Positions 36,784 through 50,609 of a stretch of DNA of 64,000 nt are shown in pieces. Made by a program: the position numbers and the translations under genes. This DNA comes from Octopus bimaculoides (Eukaryota): NCBI RefSeq assembly GCF_001194135.2, contig NC_068984.1:54542589-54606588 (forward strand), in the 5' to 3' direction. Under the pieces are notes generated by a model. The model was not told the DNA's origin, ran no database searches, and saw only the letters and a program-made list of their open reading frames with translations. The number at the start of each line of letters is the position of its first letter. The first letter of the stretch is position 1.

Positions 36784-37303
36784 NNNNNNNNNNNNNNNNN
36801 NNNNNNNNNNNNNNNNNNNNNNNNNNNNNNNNNNNNNNNNNNNNNNNNNNNNNNNNNNNNNNNNNNNNNNNNNNNNNNNNNNNNNNNNNNNNNNNNNNNN
36901 NNNNNNNNNNNNNNNNNNNNNNNNNNNNNNNNNNNNNNNNNNNNNNNNNNNNNNNNNNNNNNNNNNNNNNNNNNNNNNNNNNNNNNNNNNNNNNNNNNNN
37001 NNNNNNNNNNNNNNNNNNNNNNNNNNNNNNNNNNNNNNNNNNNNNNNNNNNNNNNNNNNNNNNNNNNNNNNNNNNNNNNNNNNNNNNNNNNNNNNNNNNN
37101 NNNNNNNNNNNNNNNNNNNNNNNNNNNNNNNNNNNNNNNNNNNNNNNNNNNNNNNNNNNNNNNNNNNNNNNNNNNNNNNNNNNNNNNNNNNNNNNNNNNN
37201 NNNNNNNNNNNNNNNNNNGAGACGTAGGATGGAGAGTCGCTAAAGAAGTCACAGGATGTGAGACGAAAGATTTCCAGACAATGGACATAAAATGATAATA
37301 ATG

Positions 37304-37368
<65 letters not shown>

Positions 37369-37620
37369 CAAGTGAAGAACGAATATATAGTATGTAAGTT
37401 TATTTGAAAAAATAAAATAACCGTTCCAAAATATAACACTACACATACACACACACACACATGTATGTATACATATATATTTTTCTACTACAGTTTTGAG
37501 CAGAATTAAACTCATTAAACTGCATAATCATTCTTATATCACATGATGCGGTCGGAGAAATGTTGAATGAAAAAGGAATAAACTTTTGTACATACATACA
37601 TACATACATACACACACACG

Positions 37621-37651
<31 letters not shown>

Positions 37652-37660
37652 GTACATACA

Positions 37661-37691
<31 letters not shown>

Positions 37692-38868
37692 CAATAACAT
37701 ATATGAACATAGACGTTGCATATAAAAGAGTAAAATAAACCAAAGTAGTAATTTAAAGTTTCAATAAATCTACAGAAATTAGTACACGACACGTAGATTG
37801 ACAATAACTTCAGGTGTCTTATGTCAGGACACGATTTACTTGTAGTAACACGTAAATGCGACCTGAAACTAAACAGTACGTTGAGCAGAATAATTAGCAA
37901 AAGTAGATTGTAGAAAATTTAATTGTTCTTGTTTATAGAAATATCATTTGTGAAATATCTGTCTTCGTCGTGTAATATCTTACTGTCATTTAAAGTTTTG
38001 CTATCGAAGTAAATTTATGGGAATAAGAAACTGAATTAATATTATCATACGTGAATGAATTTATAATCAAGGAAAAACTGACAATATTTCTTTTAGTGTG
38101 AGGCATGGGGTGGGAAACGAGCTCGGCATATAACTGGTACTTGTGGATCCTTGAAAGATAGATAAACAAAGTAGTCTCAGCATATTTTTTTATAGCTTTT
38201 TATTAAAACGAAAACGAAATAGCTTGCAGCCATATAACTTTTCTTTTTTAATCATGGAATTGGACAAGCTTAAAGATATTAAAACCGTCCATTGTTATTA
38301 CACATAACAATTAATCTGCCTCTTTTTCAATCCTCACGGTAAATTCCTCATAACAAGGTCAGTATATTATCATTATTAAATGTTTTGTCTTTCCTCGAAG
38401 TCATGTAATGACTAAGTCGTCTCTACCTGGGTTTGAAATGAGAATGTAGAGGGAAAAAGCAGCAAAAAATCTTTAAAAAGATACAATATTGTAATGCTGC
38501 AACCGTTTAAGCTTACCTCCAAATGCATTATTTTAATGCATGCAGCAGGTTTATGTGCATGAGATAAATTACGCCAGACTTATATTATTTAACAGTGGTC
38601 TTCAGATGTATAAGCTTCGTTGAAATAAAGTATTTACATCTCTTTAAATGCTAGATATAATTCATATAATAGTTTATATTTCGTTAAAGCGATGTACTTC
38701 ACTTTTACAATCGTCATCAGTTCTCGACGTGCATAGAATTCCGACAAGGACATATCAGGCTCATGGATTTGGAAAGAATTGATGACCTTTCCTTATATCT
38801 GAATGATTGCCTCGAGATGAGTGGGCCATGAAGCATTTTAAAAAGGACAGCGGTTAGAACAGTAGATG

Positions 38869-38964
<96 letters not shown>

Positions 38965-39072
38965 CACACATACACACACACATGCACACACACGCGCGCA
39001 CACACACATGCACACACACACATCACACATATACTTATGTATAATATATACTTATACGAATGTATCAGTTTA

Positions 39073-39107
<35 letters not shown>

Positions 39108-39240
39108 TCTCTCTTGCTCCTCTCTCTCTCTATATATATCTATGTCTCTATCTCTCTCTATATATGCACATACATACATATATATATATATATATAGATA
39201 TACATACATATATAATTATATATATATGTATATATATACA

Positions 39241-39273
<33 letters not shown>

Positions 39274-39295
39274 TTACATTCACATACATGAACTC

Positions 39296-39326
<31 letters not shown>

Positions 39327-39476
39327 TATATATATATGTATATATACCTATATACATATNNNNNNNNNNNNNNNNNNNNNNNNNNNNNNNNNNNNNNNNN
39401 NNNNNNNNNNNNNNNNNNNNNNNNNNNNNNNNNNNNNNNNNNNNNNNNNNNNNNNNNNNNNNNNNNNNNNNNNNNN

Positions 39477-39534
<58 letters not shown>

Positions 39535-39829
39535 GGAGAGAGAGAGAGGGAGAGAGAGGGAGAGAGAGATCTTTCTTTATACTTTATTTCTTTGCCCTTT
39601 CAAAGCTTGAATACATAAATTTTACTATGAGTCTTTCAATTAATGCGTTTTCCTTACAATTTGTTTAGATATTTGCTGACTGAAATATTAATTTGATAAA
39701 AGTAACTTCATAGCGGGATGTTATGAACGCTTCTTTTTTTTACAGTTGTCTAAGGGATATTTTTAACCTTTTGCACCAATTGGTACAATATTAATTTTTT
39801 TATAGAATACAACTAGTATTATATTGCTT

Positions 39830-40038
39830 TCAAAGTTTGACACAAAAACAGCAAGTTCGGAAGAGGGAACAAGTCAATTACATCGACCCAGTACACAGCT
39901 GCTATTTACTTTATCAACACCGATAAGATGAAAGACAAAGTCGACCACGGCGGAATTTCAACTTAAAACGTAAAGACGGACGAAAGGCCGTTAAGTATTT
40001 TTTCCGGCGTGCTAACAGTTCTGCCAGCTCACCACCTT
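39830..40038 (-). mobile_element. Family C tRNA-SINE
   Basis: The plus strand shows TTCTGCCAGCTC (head, reversed) and GATGAAAGACAAAGTCGACC (central domain, reversed). Confidence 0.8.
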
Positions 40039-42824
40039 CAGTTTGTATTATGTTGAAATTGAGTGGCTAAGTTTCGTTAGTGAGAAAAATACTGACATCT
40101 TTTAACTGATCACACTCACACCTACGCACAAAAGCTTTTACCGAAGAAAGCAAATACAGTGAAACAACAACAGGACATTTTACTGGCACTTGTAATATCT
40201 ACATTTGACCTGAGGCTTGATCTACTGGTATTGACAAAAATACTTCGCGAACCATCTGTTTTTTTCTAGACTGATGCTTATTCCCTGCTAATCAGTTTTC
40301 GTAGAGTGAAACAGATGAGGGATTAAGTTCCTCCAGTTATCCCTTCCGGCAGGCATATTAGCATCTATGCTTCCAGTCATCAAATCATCATCGGATTTGC
40401 TGAATAGTTCTTCTTGAGTCAAGCAGACGTTTCATGAAAAGAATTCCGATCAAGACCATCCCTATTTTCTCCTTTTCAGGTCAAGGAATACATTATCGAA
40501 TATTTCTTCTTTTTTCTTTTTAAGAAAATAAAGTGTAATTTGTGGTCGATTTGACCGCTATTTATTGCAGGTTGAATGTCTTTTTAGAGTTGAGATTTTC
40601 TGGATTGCAGACGAAATTTCGCCAACATTTGAATTTAAAATCACTTGTTGACGAAGTCCCTTAAATGCGATAAAAGTAACGGTTTGAACCTTAATACCAA
40701 AAAACACTAAGTTAAAATAAGTCACATGCATATAAATTCTTAGAATTAGAGATTCGTTAATTTTTTTCCAGTTCATATGTAGGCGATGCATATGTCCTTT
40801 GCTCAGGCATATCTGTGGTATAATTTGTGGTATACCCATATGTTTTAAATTTTCAGTGTAAACTGCATTTTCTAATCTATTATATCGTAAAGTTTCTCAA
40901 ACATGAAGCCAACGAAGTTTACCAAAGTAATTTCTATTTTATGCCCTCAGTGATTTAATGGGAGTCATTGCTAATGAAATTATGGTATAAGATTGCTTGA
41001 TGAAAGACTTGACGATTCATCACCTCCTACCTGTGCTGCACTGTGTTTATTAAGCAGGATATTCCTAGTAGATCCGTTCAGTTATATATTCTTTTGTTTC
41101 TTTGTCTCTTGGAACATGCATCTTATTAAATTTATCTTCAAGTTTTAATAGGACAAGCAAATTATTTTTTTAAAAAAGACTGTTATCACTTTTATTTTGT
41201 GAGCATTTTTTAAAGTTCTTTTCTACGAATCTATTTTAAGAATCCTTAATTGTTTTTATAGATAAGAGCCATTAACTGATACGATCAAATGAACGCTTCC
41301 AAATTCTTTAAGATAGATCTAAATGAATAGAGTGAAAAAGGAAAATAAGTTGCTATTGGCATTACCGTTATCATAATTCTAAAGTATTTTGCCCGATTAT
41401 TGTTGTAAATGTTAATTATTGATTTCCTACATTAATATAAAGCTGAAAAAATAAGCGAGAAAATGATAAGAATGAAAATGTAAAGCACAGCACTTTTTCA
41501 AGAGAATTAGCAAGATAAGAAAAATAAAAAAGCATCAATCAAGAATACTGGATCTCAGACCAGCGTTCCAATACAACCTTAGCCACAATGGCTTAATAAA
41601 AACTTATATACTCAAATGTATTACATTACATAAAATAAAGAATATCTGGGTAAGTGTGTCACGGGCAATCTATCTCAGCATTCATTAACAGTTAGAGTAC
41701 TGAATTACTGAAAATTGTTCGCCTGCCTTGCAAATCTAAACTCAAATCCATTCACGGATATACTTTATAGTATGATACGCTTACTACCCAACAGGTCAGT
41801 CGAGGTCTTGAGCCAATTTTATTGAACTGATACTACAATAGAATGCTATGTCGCTTTAAACATGTTTTAGGTGGTAAACTAAGCACAACACTTAGGTTAG
41901 GACTACCATATTGCCCTGGGTTCCTTTAATGCAGTTCACTGAAGTACAAACACTCGGACAATGATTTCTATTTGCGAACACCACAATTTGTCGATGCGCT
42001 GTTTCGGACTGCATAGTCAGTTGCTCAATGTCATTGTCTGTCAGAGGGTTCATGAAAACAGCTGTACATAGTTTTAACTTTCCTCACGTTGGGTACCTCT
42101 TCCCTTTCCTTCCATACCACTATAGCTGCTGCTTTAGTCGCAGAAGTGCTTACAGGTACTATACTAATGCTAAGAAGGAGGGAATGTTTTACTGAGGGGT
42201 ACAGAGAGATGAGAGTTAAATTTAACTGCGAAAAGGTTTGATATTGAAGTTAAGAAGATGAAACTAAATTCTGTACCTTTTAAAATCTTCTATTAAATTT
42301 CTTCTGCTAATTAAACCATTCTTCATAAATTATAGATTTGAAGCTGCGGTGACCTATTTTTACTATTGTGGCATTCTGATTTAGAAGCAGTATTGTTTAC
42401 TTGTAGTGAAATATATTTATTTATACATTTAAATTCATGCTGTGTAATAACACACAGGTTAAAAAACTCTCTTCCCTTCTCTCCCTCTCTTTCCCCCTTT
42501 CTCTCTCTATATAAATGAACGCATACATACATACGTTATGAAACTCTTGCATTCAAGAAAACACACACATCTGAGTTTGTCGTAGGTTAATCTACATGTC
42601 AAAATGTAACCTCCTTTTGGGAATTCTTCATGAAGAAATACCCAATTGACTGGTTTCAGATATGGGAATTTGAATTAAAGTATTTTATTTCTGTAATTGA
42701 ACTGATTGGGTGTGGAAACAGCTGTAGGCAGGAATTTCTCAACACGAATTCGGATATCTTTGAATAAATAACGTCTGTACGTCAATTTCGCTATTTTCCT
42801 CCTTCTCCCTCTCTCTCTCTCTCA

Positions 42825-42891
<67 letters not shown>

Positions 42892-43152
42892 CTTATGTAT
42901 ATATCTTACATATATGAAATTGATGTTTTCTGTGTGTGGGCAGGTGTACAAAAATTTAATGTGCCTCAAAAACCTTTACATCTTTCATTCTATTTCTTTA
43001 AAATTTTATACACAGCTGCTTCATATCCCAGACCCTAACATAGGCATAGGCTACTTAGATTTTTTTAAAATCGATATTGGAGCCTCTAGAGCGTTGGGAA
43101 ACCAACAATAGATGATTCCTATTCATTTGTATTAATCAGCTGTTTAAGAATC

Positions 43153-43524
43153 TGTAGGGTCTTCCATACTTTTTTAATCTTTTTATTAAAGTGAAATGAT
43201 TTTGTCTATTTATTTATTTCCACTGTCCACCAGCGACAGTGATTTAATTGACTAGGAACACTGAACACATACATTTCCACAATTCTCAACCGATTTTCAC
43301 CAAACTTTACACATACATTACTTATTTCCCATGACGGTCATGCACTAAACATTTTGCCCAGAGCTCTTGCGTAAATGGACTTAAATGGACCTAAATGGAC
43401 ATAGCTTTTTTGCATGTAGGGTCTTCCATACTTTTTAATCTTTTGATAAAAATGAAAAGATTTTGTCTATTTATTTATTTCGACTGTCCAGCTGCTACAG
43501 TGATTAAATTGACTAGGAACACTG
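43153..43524. repeat. Direct repeat of ~110 bp (43153-43263 and 43415-43524), period 262 bp
   Basis: Both copies start TGTAGGGTCTTCCATACTTTTT and end TTGACTAGGAACACTG. The spacer contains three AAATGGAC units. Confidence 0.85.
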
Positions 43525-43974
43525 TACGCGATGAATATCCAATACCAAACAATCTTAATCTCCATTTTTAAACTGCTTTAAACTTTGGCAAGCTTACCTT
43601 TACCTATTCTGAGTTACATGAAAGGTGATGATCCTTTCCCATTCTTCTCTTTGTTGATACCTTTGTTTACCTACCAATGCGTTGTTTCACTTTAAGGATA
43701 CTTATTTACCCATCCATTATGATATTTCGATAGATTGTTTTAGATATGTTTTAGCATTGTCATTCTAGCTTTTTTTTAATACAATCACATTCGTCCCAAA
43801 GAATTGACCTTTAAATAAGAGTTTTGCTTCCACTAGAGAAAGCTACACGCATCTTTCAGAAAGCTCCATACCAATTTAGCTTTATGCAGCATTCGCTGTT
43901 AGTTTATGCTCAGGCTATGTGGGAAGACAGAATAAAGGGGCTTTTACAGTTCTATATTTAAGAGATGAGGAATT

Positions 43975-44100
43975 ATGTACATTATTTACATTTGACGGAT
44001 TATTTGTCCTCATCTTGTTTGTTGTTAACACAACGTTTCCGGCCTTCATCAGGGGAAATTTCGAACCTGATTTCTCATTCCTAGGGTATTTTTCAATGTT
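43975..44100 (-). mobile_element. Second copy of the hammerhead-bearing repeat (stem II and the 5' strand of stem I deleted)
   Basis: The minus strand at 44027-44052 reads CUGAUGA-A-GGCCG-GAAA-CGU-U-GUGUU. Confidence 0.7.
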
Positions 44101-44128
44101 GTTGTTGTTGTTGTTGTTATTATTATTA

Positions 44129-44159
<31 letters not shown>

Positions 44160-45446
44160 GTTGTTGTTGTTGTTGTTGCCTTTGCACAGCTTCTAACGCT
44201 GGAGATGTATTACAGTGTCAGTTGTTCACTACCAGTGAACTAAGGTGACACATCTTATTTTTCGAGCACCTTCCGAAGTATTCCAGCGGTTCCAAGCAGT
44301 GCTGTTTCCTGCAAGTGCTCCACCCTTATTGCAACCCCTATTTGTTCCACGTACTTCTCGAAATTTTTGATCACTGTTCCCAGGACTCTGACAATTATTA
44401 GTACTACTGCTACCTTTTTCATCGACCCCAACTGATTAACTTCCCAAGCTAACCTGTCATATCTCTCGACTTTTCTTTCTTCCATATCGCATACCATGTT
44501 GTCAACTGGGCATGCTATGCCTATGATCCAGCATAGTCTGTTTTCTTTCTCAATTAAGACTATGTCCGGCTTCCTGTTCTCAATCTCATGGTTGCATTTA
44601 ATCATAAAAGCCTATAGGATCTTTGCATTTTTATTTTCGACAATGCCTTCAGGTTTGTGGTCGTACCAATGTTTTNNNNNNNNNNATTAGAGCCTCAGCT
44701 TCTGGTTTTAAATCACTTTTAGTCATCCACAGCCATCTTTTTTTCTCTGTCTGTCTTATCTTCTACATCCCTATGAAATTGACCATACATTCTTTTCATT
44801 GCCCATTCATTTTCAATTTCTTGTATAGTGCTTCATCTTTGCAATCTTTCATCTTACACAAGCCTGGCCTTCCTACTTCTAATATTAGCGGTTCGGTGGC
44901 ATTTTTTACATACCTTGCTATGTTGTTTTCTTCTGCTCTAATGCTATGTTCGCATCCAACAAGTCCTCTTCCTTCTCTTTTACTTGGTACATACAGTCTG
45001 TCTGTGTCACTTTTTGGGTGGAGTGACCCATATCTAGTTAGCAACTTTCTTGTCTTTCTGTCTAAGCTGTTTAGTTCGTCTACTGTCCAAGCGATTACCC
45101 TTGCTCCATATCTAAGGAGTGAAACCGCCCAGGTGTTGATAGCTTCAATGTTATTCCGTCCGTTTAATTTCGACTTAAGGATCAGTCTCAGTCTGCGTTG
45201 TAATTTCTTTCTCCATTAATTTATCCATTTTCAAAATCCCCAAGTACTTATAGCCCATCTCTTCTATCTGCTTCATAACCTTCCCCGACGGTATCGTTAG
45301 TCCGTCCAACACACCACACTTTCTCAGTTCGAACTCCATTCTGATATCAGCACTGAAGGTATACACCGTATCAACGAGGGAACTGACTTGGGCTTCATCT
45401 TTACCATAAAGTTTGAGGTCATCCATGAATAACATAGTTGAATTTT
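44100..45446 (-). mobile_element. R4/Dong-like LINE 3' half (RT motif C to RLE, 3'UTR, (AAC/AAT)n tail)
   Basis: Motifs include LFMDDLKLYG, YKYLGIL, LHPKSDTDRLYVPSKREGRGL, NRKPDIVLI...IIGIACP and LQETALLGTAGILRKVL*. The tail is at ~44096-44178, and the CCHC region falls in the N gap at 44676-44685. Confidence 0.88.
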
Positions 45447-45449
45447 TGT

Positions 45450-45720
45450 TGGCGGCTTAAAGCAGTAATGTAGGAGCTGAAACAGCGCCTCGTTGCAAAG
45501 AAAGCAAAGATGGTAAGATACGACCAAAGAATGAAGGGTTACCACCAGAATAGGTTATTCAGAGTAGATCAGAAGAGATTCTATAAAGAAATAAATGGAG
45601 GTTGTACAGATGAAAAGTTGATACCAGATAACATTGAAAGCCAAAGGTTTTAGAGTGACATCTGGAGCAAAGACAAGGAGCACAAGAAGGATGCCGAATG
45701 GTTGCAAGAACTGAAACAGA
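45450..45720 (+). mobile_element. R4/Dong-like pre-RT segment in inverted orientation
   Basis: Plus-strand translation gives ELKQRLVAKKAKMVRYDQRMKGYHQNRLFRVDQKRFYKEI...F*SDIWS...AEWLQELK, the conserved region upstream of the R4 RT. Confidence 0.7.
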
Positions 45721-45734
45721 GCTTATTTCTCTGA

Positions 45735-46190
45735 AAAAATAACTTCCTTTGCTGTTGAAAAAAATAAACTGGCAGAGAGAAGTTTCATCTTCTGCGGTGA
45801 CGGACCTGGGATCTTAGGAAGTGTGCAGTAAAGCTTCCCAGCTTAATGAATTCATCATTTCTTGGGTTATCTTTGCTAATATATGGCCTTGCATTATCAT
45901 GCTGCAGTCACTTTCTTTTTCAATACACTTTCCCAATCTGCTTGAGGAGATATTACACAGTGGATCAAGGTTTATTATGTCCTGGGATAAATCCCTGATA
46001 CTTTGATGCAGAGCTCCTTTAGTTATTGTTTTCACATCATTATAGAGAAAATTATAGAGAACAGTTGGTCTTCCATGGTTATTGGTATATAATCACACAC
46101 AGCGCGTGTCCACATTAACGTTTGGTCATTAACTCTATGTTGATTGGTTAATTGCAAAAGTAAATTTTATTGGCTTGTAAACTATTTGTG
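45735..46190 (-). mobile_element. Mariner transposase remnant (3' part)
   Basis: IMQGHILAKITQEMMNSLSWEALLH resembles the mariner HDNARPH...L.WE.L.HP region; no clear TIR pair was found. Confidence 0.55.
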
Positions 46191-46257
46191 GCATGACTTC
46201 AGGTTATTTGCTAGAAAATATATTTCTTTTCGGTACCCGTAATCTCTTTCTCTCTCT

Positions 46258-46321
<64 letters not shown>

Positions 46322-47194
46322 ACTTATACATATCTGTCTATTTGTATATTTACCATAAAATGTATCTATAATTTTTATAACATTTATTAGCGACAGAAGC
46401 TGTATTAATATCAAATAAATCCACGCCACCTCTCTCTCCGCTAGCGATATAAAAATGCATTTTGCACCGAAAGCCAATATGAAAGTTCTTCTCATGGTAA
46501 CTACCGCAGTATTTATTGCAAAAGAACATCCACTTTTAAGTAGGGATAAAGGTAATTTTAATATATAATATGTGTATATATTATATGTGTACACACACAT
46601 ACATGCATACACTCACACACACACAAATTGAGGGAGTGGAAGAGGTAAAATGTATGCTACATTTATTTCTTAGCTGACTGAAGCTCGTGATGCAATTGCT
46701 CTCGGTGCCAATAAATTGTTATTGTAAACTATCCACGTTTTGTTCTTTAAACCAGCCACTTACTGCTAGAAGCTTGCAAACATGTTACACTCGGATCCCC
46801 GGATCATATGCATTCAAACATATGTACATTCATATTTATCTGCATACAATATTTACTTATACATAACGTATGCATGTGTGTGTGTGTGTGTTCATTTAGC
46901 TGAAGGAGCCATGCCTGCTGCAATCACACGAACACCGAAACTAGCGAGGTTAATGCAGTTAACATCTCTCCTTGACAAGCTGCAGATCGACAGCTGCAAG
47001 AGAATACACATTCAAGAACGTAATTTCAGCGGGTCGTCGTTGTGGTGCGGAAGGGCTTGGTGTACAGGTTTCATGCGATGCCTTGTAGATGTGATGGAGT
47101 ACAATATAGATGACGGGAAAAAGAAACAATATCGAGTTGGGAGGGCAGGTATGGAGATGGGCATGTGATAACCTGCCAGCTCTCGCTGGAGGAG

Positions 47195-47325
47195 ACTGCA
47201 AACATGTTGTTAATGTATAGGATGAAGAGTTTTGTGGACAAAACTGAAACCTGGGATACCTCGAAATAATTGTATTTGAATGAAGTTGCAATGTTGGTAT
47301 CATCATTTCCTAACATACTCACAAC
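47195..47325 (-). mobile_element. Small CR1/L2/Jockey-type RT remnant
   Basis: EVSQVSVLSTKLFILYINNM resembles GVPQGSVLGPLLF.LYIND. Confidence 0.45.
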
Positions 47326-47546
47326 TGGGCCTAATCAATTACCTCTCTTTACAGTTGCTTGTTAAAGAATTCTCACAACCTTCTCTATTGACATTAAATA
47401 AAGATACACCCTGATATAAGAAAACAGAATGTTTTGTAAATCGGTACATTCGATGCGTTCTGACCTGAGGTTAAACAGTAACATCTTAAACTCTTCTTGT
47501 TTAGTTTATGTAGCTGTAAAAATGTTTAAACTGTGGGGCTAATTTA

Positions 47547-48743
47547 TTGAGTTGACCAAAACTTAGTTCATTTTTTTTTAAGAGAAAATGATACAAGTTT
47601 TAAACACAAAGTTAGTTGTGTTTATATTAATGATATAATTACCGTTTTATTCCAGTATCCTCTACCATCTTTTGGGCAGATCCATTATTCCCTGCTTAAA
47701 AAATTTCCTGTTTTTACTGGCGAAAAACTCTTCCAGCTGAATTTTTACATGATCTTCAGAGTTGAAGGTTTGTCCATTCAATGAATTTTGAAGAAACCGA
47801 AACAGCTGAAAATCTGAAAGTACAAGGGTGATGCAAACTTTACCAGTCATGTACCAGTAAATTTTGCCGCCTTTGCAAAAAGTGTGCTGTCTAGCTTGGC
47901 GTTGTCATGATGAAAAGCAATGTTCTTACGATCAGCAAGTGCTGGACGCTTCTGGTGGATCGCTGTATTTAATTTGTCCAGTTAGGCACAGTACATATCC
48001 GAATCGATGGACCTGTGTGTGGGAAGAAGTTCATAAAAGACGACAATCTTCCAATGCTACCAAATTGAAAGCATAACCTTCTTTGGGTGAATTCCTGGTT
48101 TCGAGCTTGCTTGGGGTGGTTCGCTGCGCTTTCTCCATGAACATTATTATTGACGATCTACTTTCGTCCCCTATCACCATTCTCTTAAAAAAGGATCGTT
48201 TTCTTCACCTTTCTGCAAAGAATCGCAGATGAAAAAACTTTCAGTGAAGTTAGCGTCATTCAATTGAAATGGGCCCCAGAGATTGAAAATTATGGATGCA
48301 GAAAATTTTCAACAATTGATTTGGATATATAGAGAATATCTGCGATCATCCCGGTGATATAACGTGGGTTGGTGTCAACTAAGTCCTTCATTTTGTCACT
48401 GTTAATCTCATTTTGCTGGCCAGAGCGAGGACCGAAAAATTTCTCGATCGAATTCTTGAAAATCATTTCTTTCACACACGGTCCGTAACAGCATCCTCTA
48501 TATCACAATACATATCTTTTTGCAGGTTTACACGGCTTTCTTGTCTTTTTAAAAATAAAAGAGCTTGAGGTGTCGATAATACTCGCCTTGGTTCTCTCTT
48601 TGTAGAGCGATCGTAAGTACACAAAAATATAATATGTCAATTCTCTAATGAGTGCACATGTGCAAAGGATAAACTTGACTACTTGTATGAGAGTTTGAAA
48701 TTTAGTTCTAACAAAAATCGAACGAACTTTTTGGTCAAGCCAG
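47547..48743 (-). mobile_element. Degenerate full-span mariner (Tc1/mariner superfamily) element
   Basis: Transposase debris includes an HTH (YITGMIADILYISKSIVENFL), KRMVIGDE, FHHDNA, and FQLFRFLQNSLNGQTF...FFKQGIMDLPKRW. Imperfect TIRs share TTGACCAAAA, with TA at 47545-47546 and 48744-48745. Confidence 0.85.
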
Positions 48744-49299
48744 TATAATTAACAACTGCTGTGTTATCTTGCTGTTTTGAGTTCTAGTCTTTTTAAGAGC
48801 TTCGTGGAAGCAACTGGGAAGCTGAAATCTTATTCAGACAATTATTCCCTATAGTCACTGTTTGCATAGCTAGTGGACTACGACTTCAATACTAATTATG
48901 GTCATCGTGTAATAAACAGTACGTTTCTCGTTAAACTCATCACGCAGTCGTCTTAGGCCTAGTAGATATATATCTTATCAAATTACGAGCAACTCAAATG
49001 TATGAGTGGTTAAATTCGAAGGATTGTTTGAAATATATCTGTTGGAATGCTGTTTTTATGATAGGAATTGCTCGTATTTAAAGGTTTGGTTGGTTTGTTG
49101 GTCTTGACAACTGAAACAATATTATGCTATGGTTTCGATAACAAAGATAAAATTATGGGTGGAGGCATAGCAGTGTAGTTCAGAAGCTCGCTTCCCAACT
49201 ACTTTATTTCGAGTTCGATCCTATAATGCGGTATACTAGACAAATGGCTTCTACTATAGCCTTGGGTTGACTAATATCTTATGGGAAGAATGTGAGAGA

Positions 49300-49865
49300 C
49301 ACAAAGACTTACTGAAGGTACCAAAGATCAGAACCGCAAAACTGTTATGTTATTTGCAGACCAATTTAAATTGATACAAACTTTTAGGGTATGTAGCATA
49401 TCAGGCACCACTTTAAATGCAAAAAAAACCTGTTGTTCAGGTTTTATCACCTGATGGTGATACAGATTTCTTTGTTATCATGGCAGGAGTTCTTCAAAGT
49501 GACACTCATAAACCTTTCCTGTTCATGGTGGCCTGAAGTAAAATTTGATTTGGCACGGTCAGCAATGAACATGATGTCCACAACGGGGAAGAAAAATCTA
49601 TCTAATGACTTCAAAATACAGTTTTTTAGAGTTGCTGTAGAAAGCATATTGATACACGGAACTGTACGTTGGACACTTACAAAATGAATCATATACCAAG
49701 ATGTTTAAGAGGGTGTAAAACGTTTCTTGGGAGCAACATTTACCGGAGAATTTATAATATATAAATATACCATTATTGACATAAACCATCAAACAATGTG
49801 GAGTTAAGTTTGTGGGACACTGTTGGCAAAGAAAAGTTCAAGTTGTACACTAACTGTTACTATGG
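49300..49865 (+). mobile_element. RTE-X-like LINE C-terminal fragment ending at (GAA)n
   Basis: FKIQFFRVAVESILIHGTVRWTLTK, followed by KFVGHCW.R...LLLWE. Confidence 0.65.
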
Positions 49866-50609
49866 GAAGAAGAAGAAGAAGAAGAAGAAGAAGAAGAAGA
49901 AGAAGAAGAAGAAGAAGAAGAGGGACTAAAATCACAACTACTAGTTTTGTTTCTGTAATTCGCTGTTAATTTCTCGAACGTTGATATTATAACAAATTGT
50001 CGTGGTCTTGCACTTCATCAGCCATGAAAACATGATCAAACATATACCAAGGTATAACAAGCTCATAAGGGGCACATTCCACGTTACTTACTGTCTTACG
50101 ATATATGAGATCAATAGAATCAGTTTGGTTTAAACTTAACTACATGCACCCCTATTTATATGCATGTAAATGTGAGTTTTGTAACTTTAAGTTAATGCTG
50201 TTTACTTTGATATTGTGACTTGTAATGACAAGCAGATTCTGGAGTAATTAACGTACTATGATGATGTCTCGCTTCTGCTGATTACTAGTGATTCCAAAGT
50301 AGCGCTTAACGTTTTTTAATGCTGTTGATACAGTCGGATTGAATGTACTGATCAGGTGTCGAAACAGTGATATCCGTTTGGTAGCTGATGAGGATCCAGG
50401 GTTTCTGGAGGTTACTTATATTGAAATTGGATGTTTTTAAACATAGACTAGACTATCCATGACCTGTTTGGTTACCGGGAAACTCTAGGTTTCCCAGCAA
50501 CGGAGTTTTGTTTCGTGTTTGTTTTGCTTTTCCAGATCATTTCGCATGCTTTCAACGAATGTAACATCGAAATCACGCGTAAACAACTCTTTTTCCCAGA
50601 AAAGGAAAT

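Noticed and set aside
41900-42130. Open minus-strand frame (KLKLCTAVFMNPLTDNDIEQL...)
   Set aside because: No start, splice signal or recognisable domain; it cannot be supported.
49985-50030. Minus-strand CTGATGA-A-GTG...CAC-GACA motif
   Set aside because: The second core box is GACA rather than GAAA, and no stem I or III partner was found.
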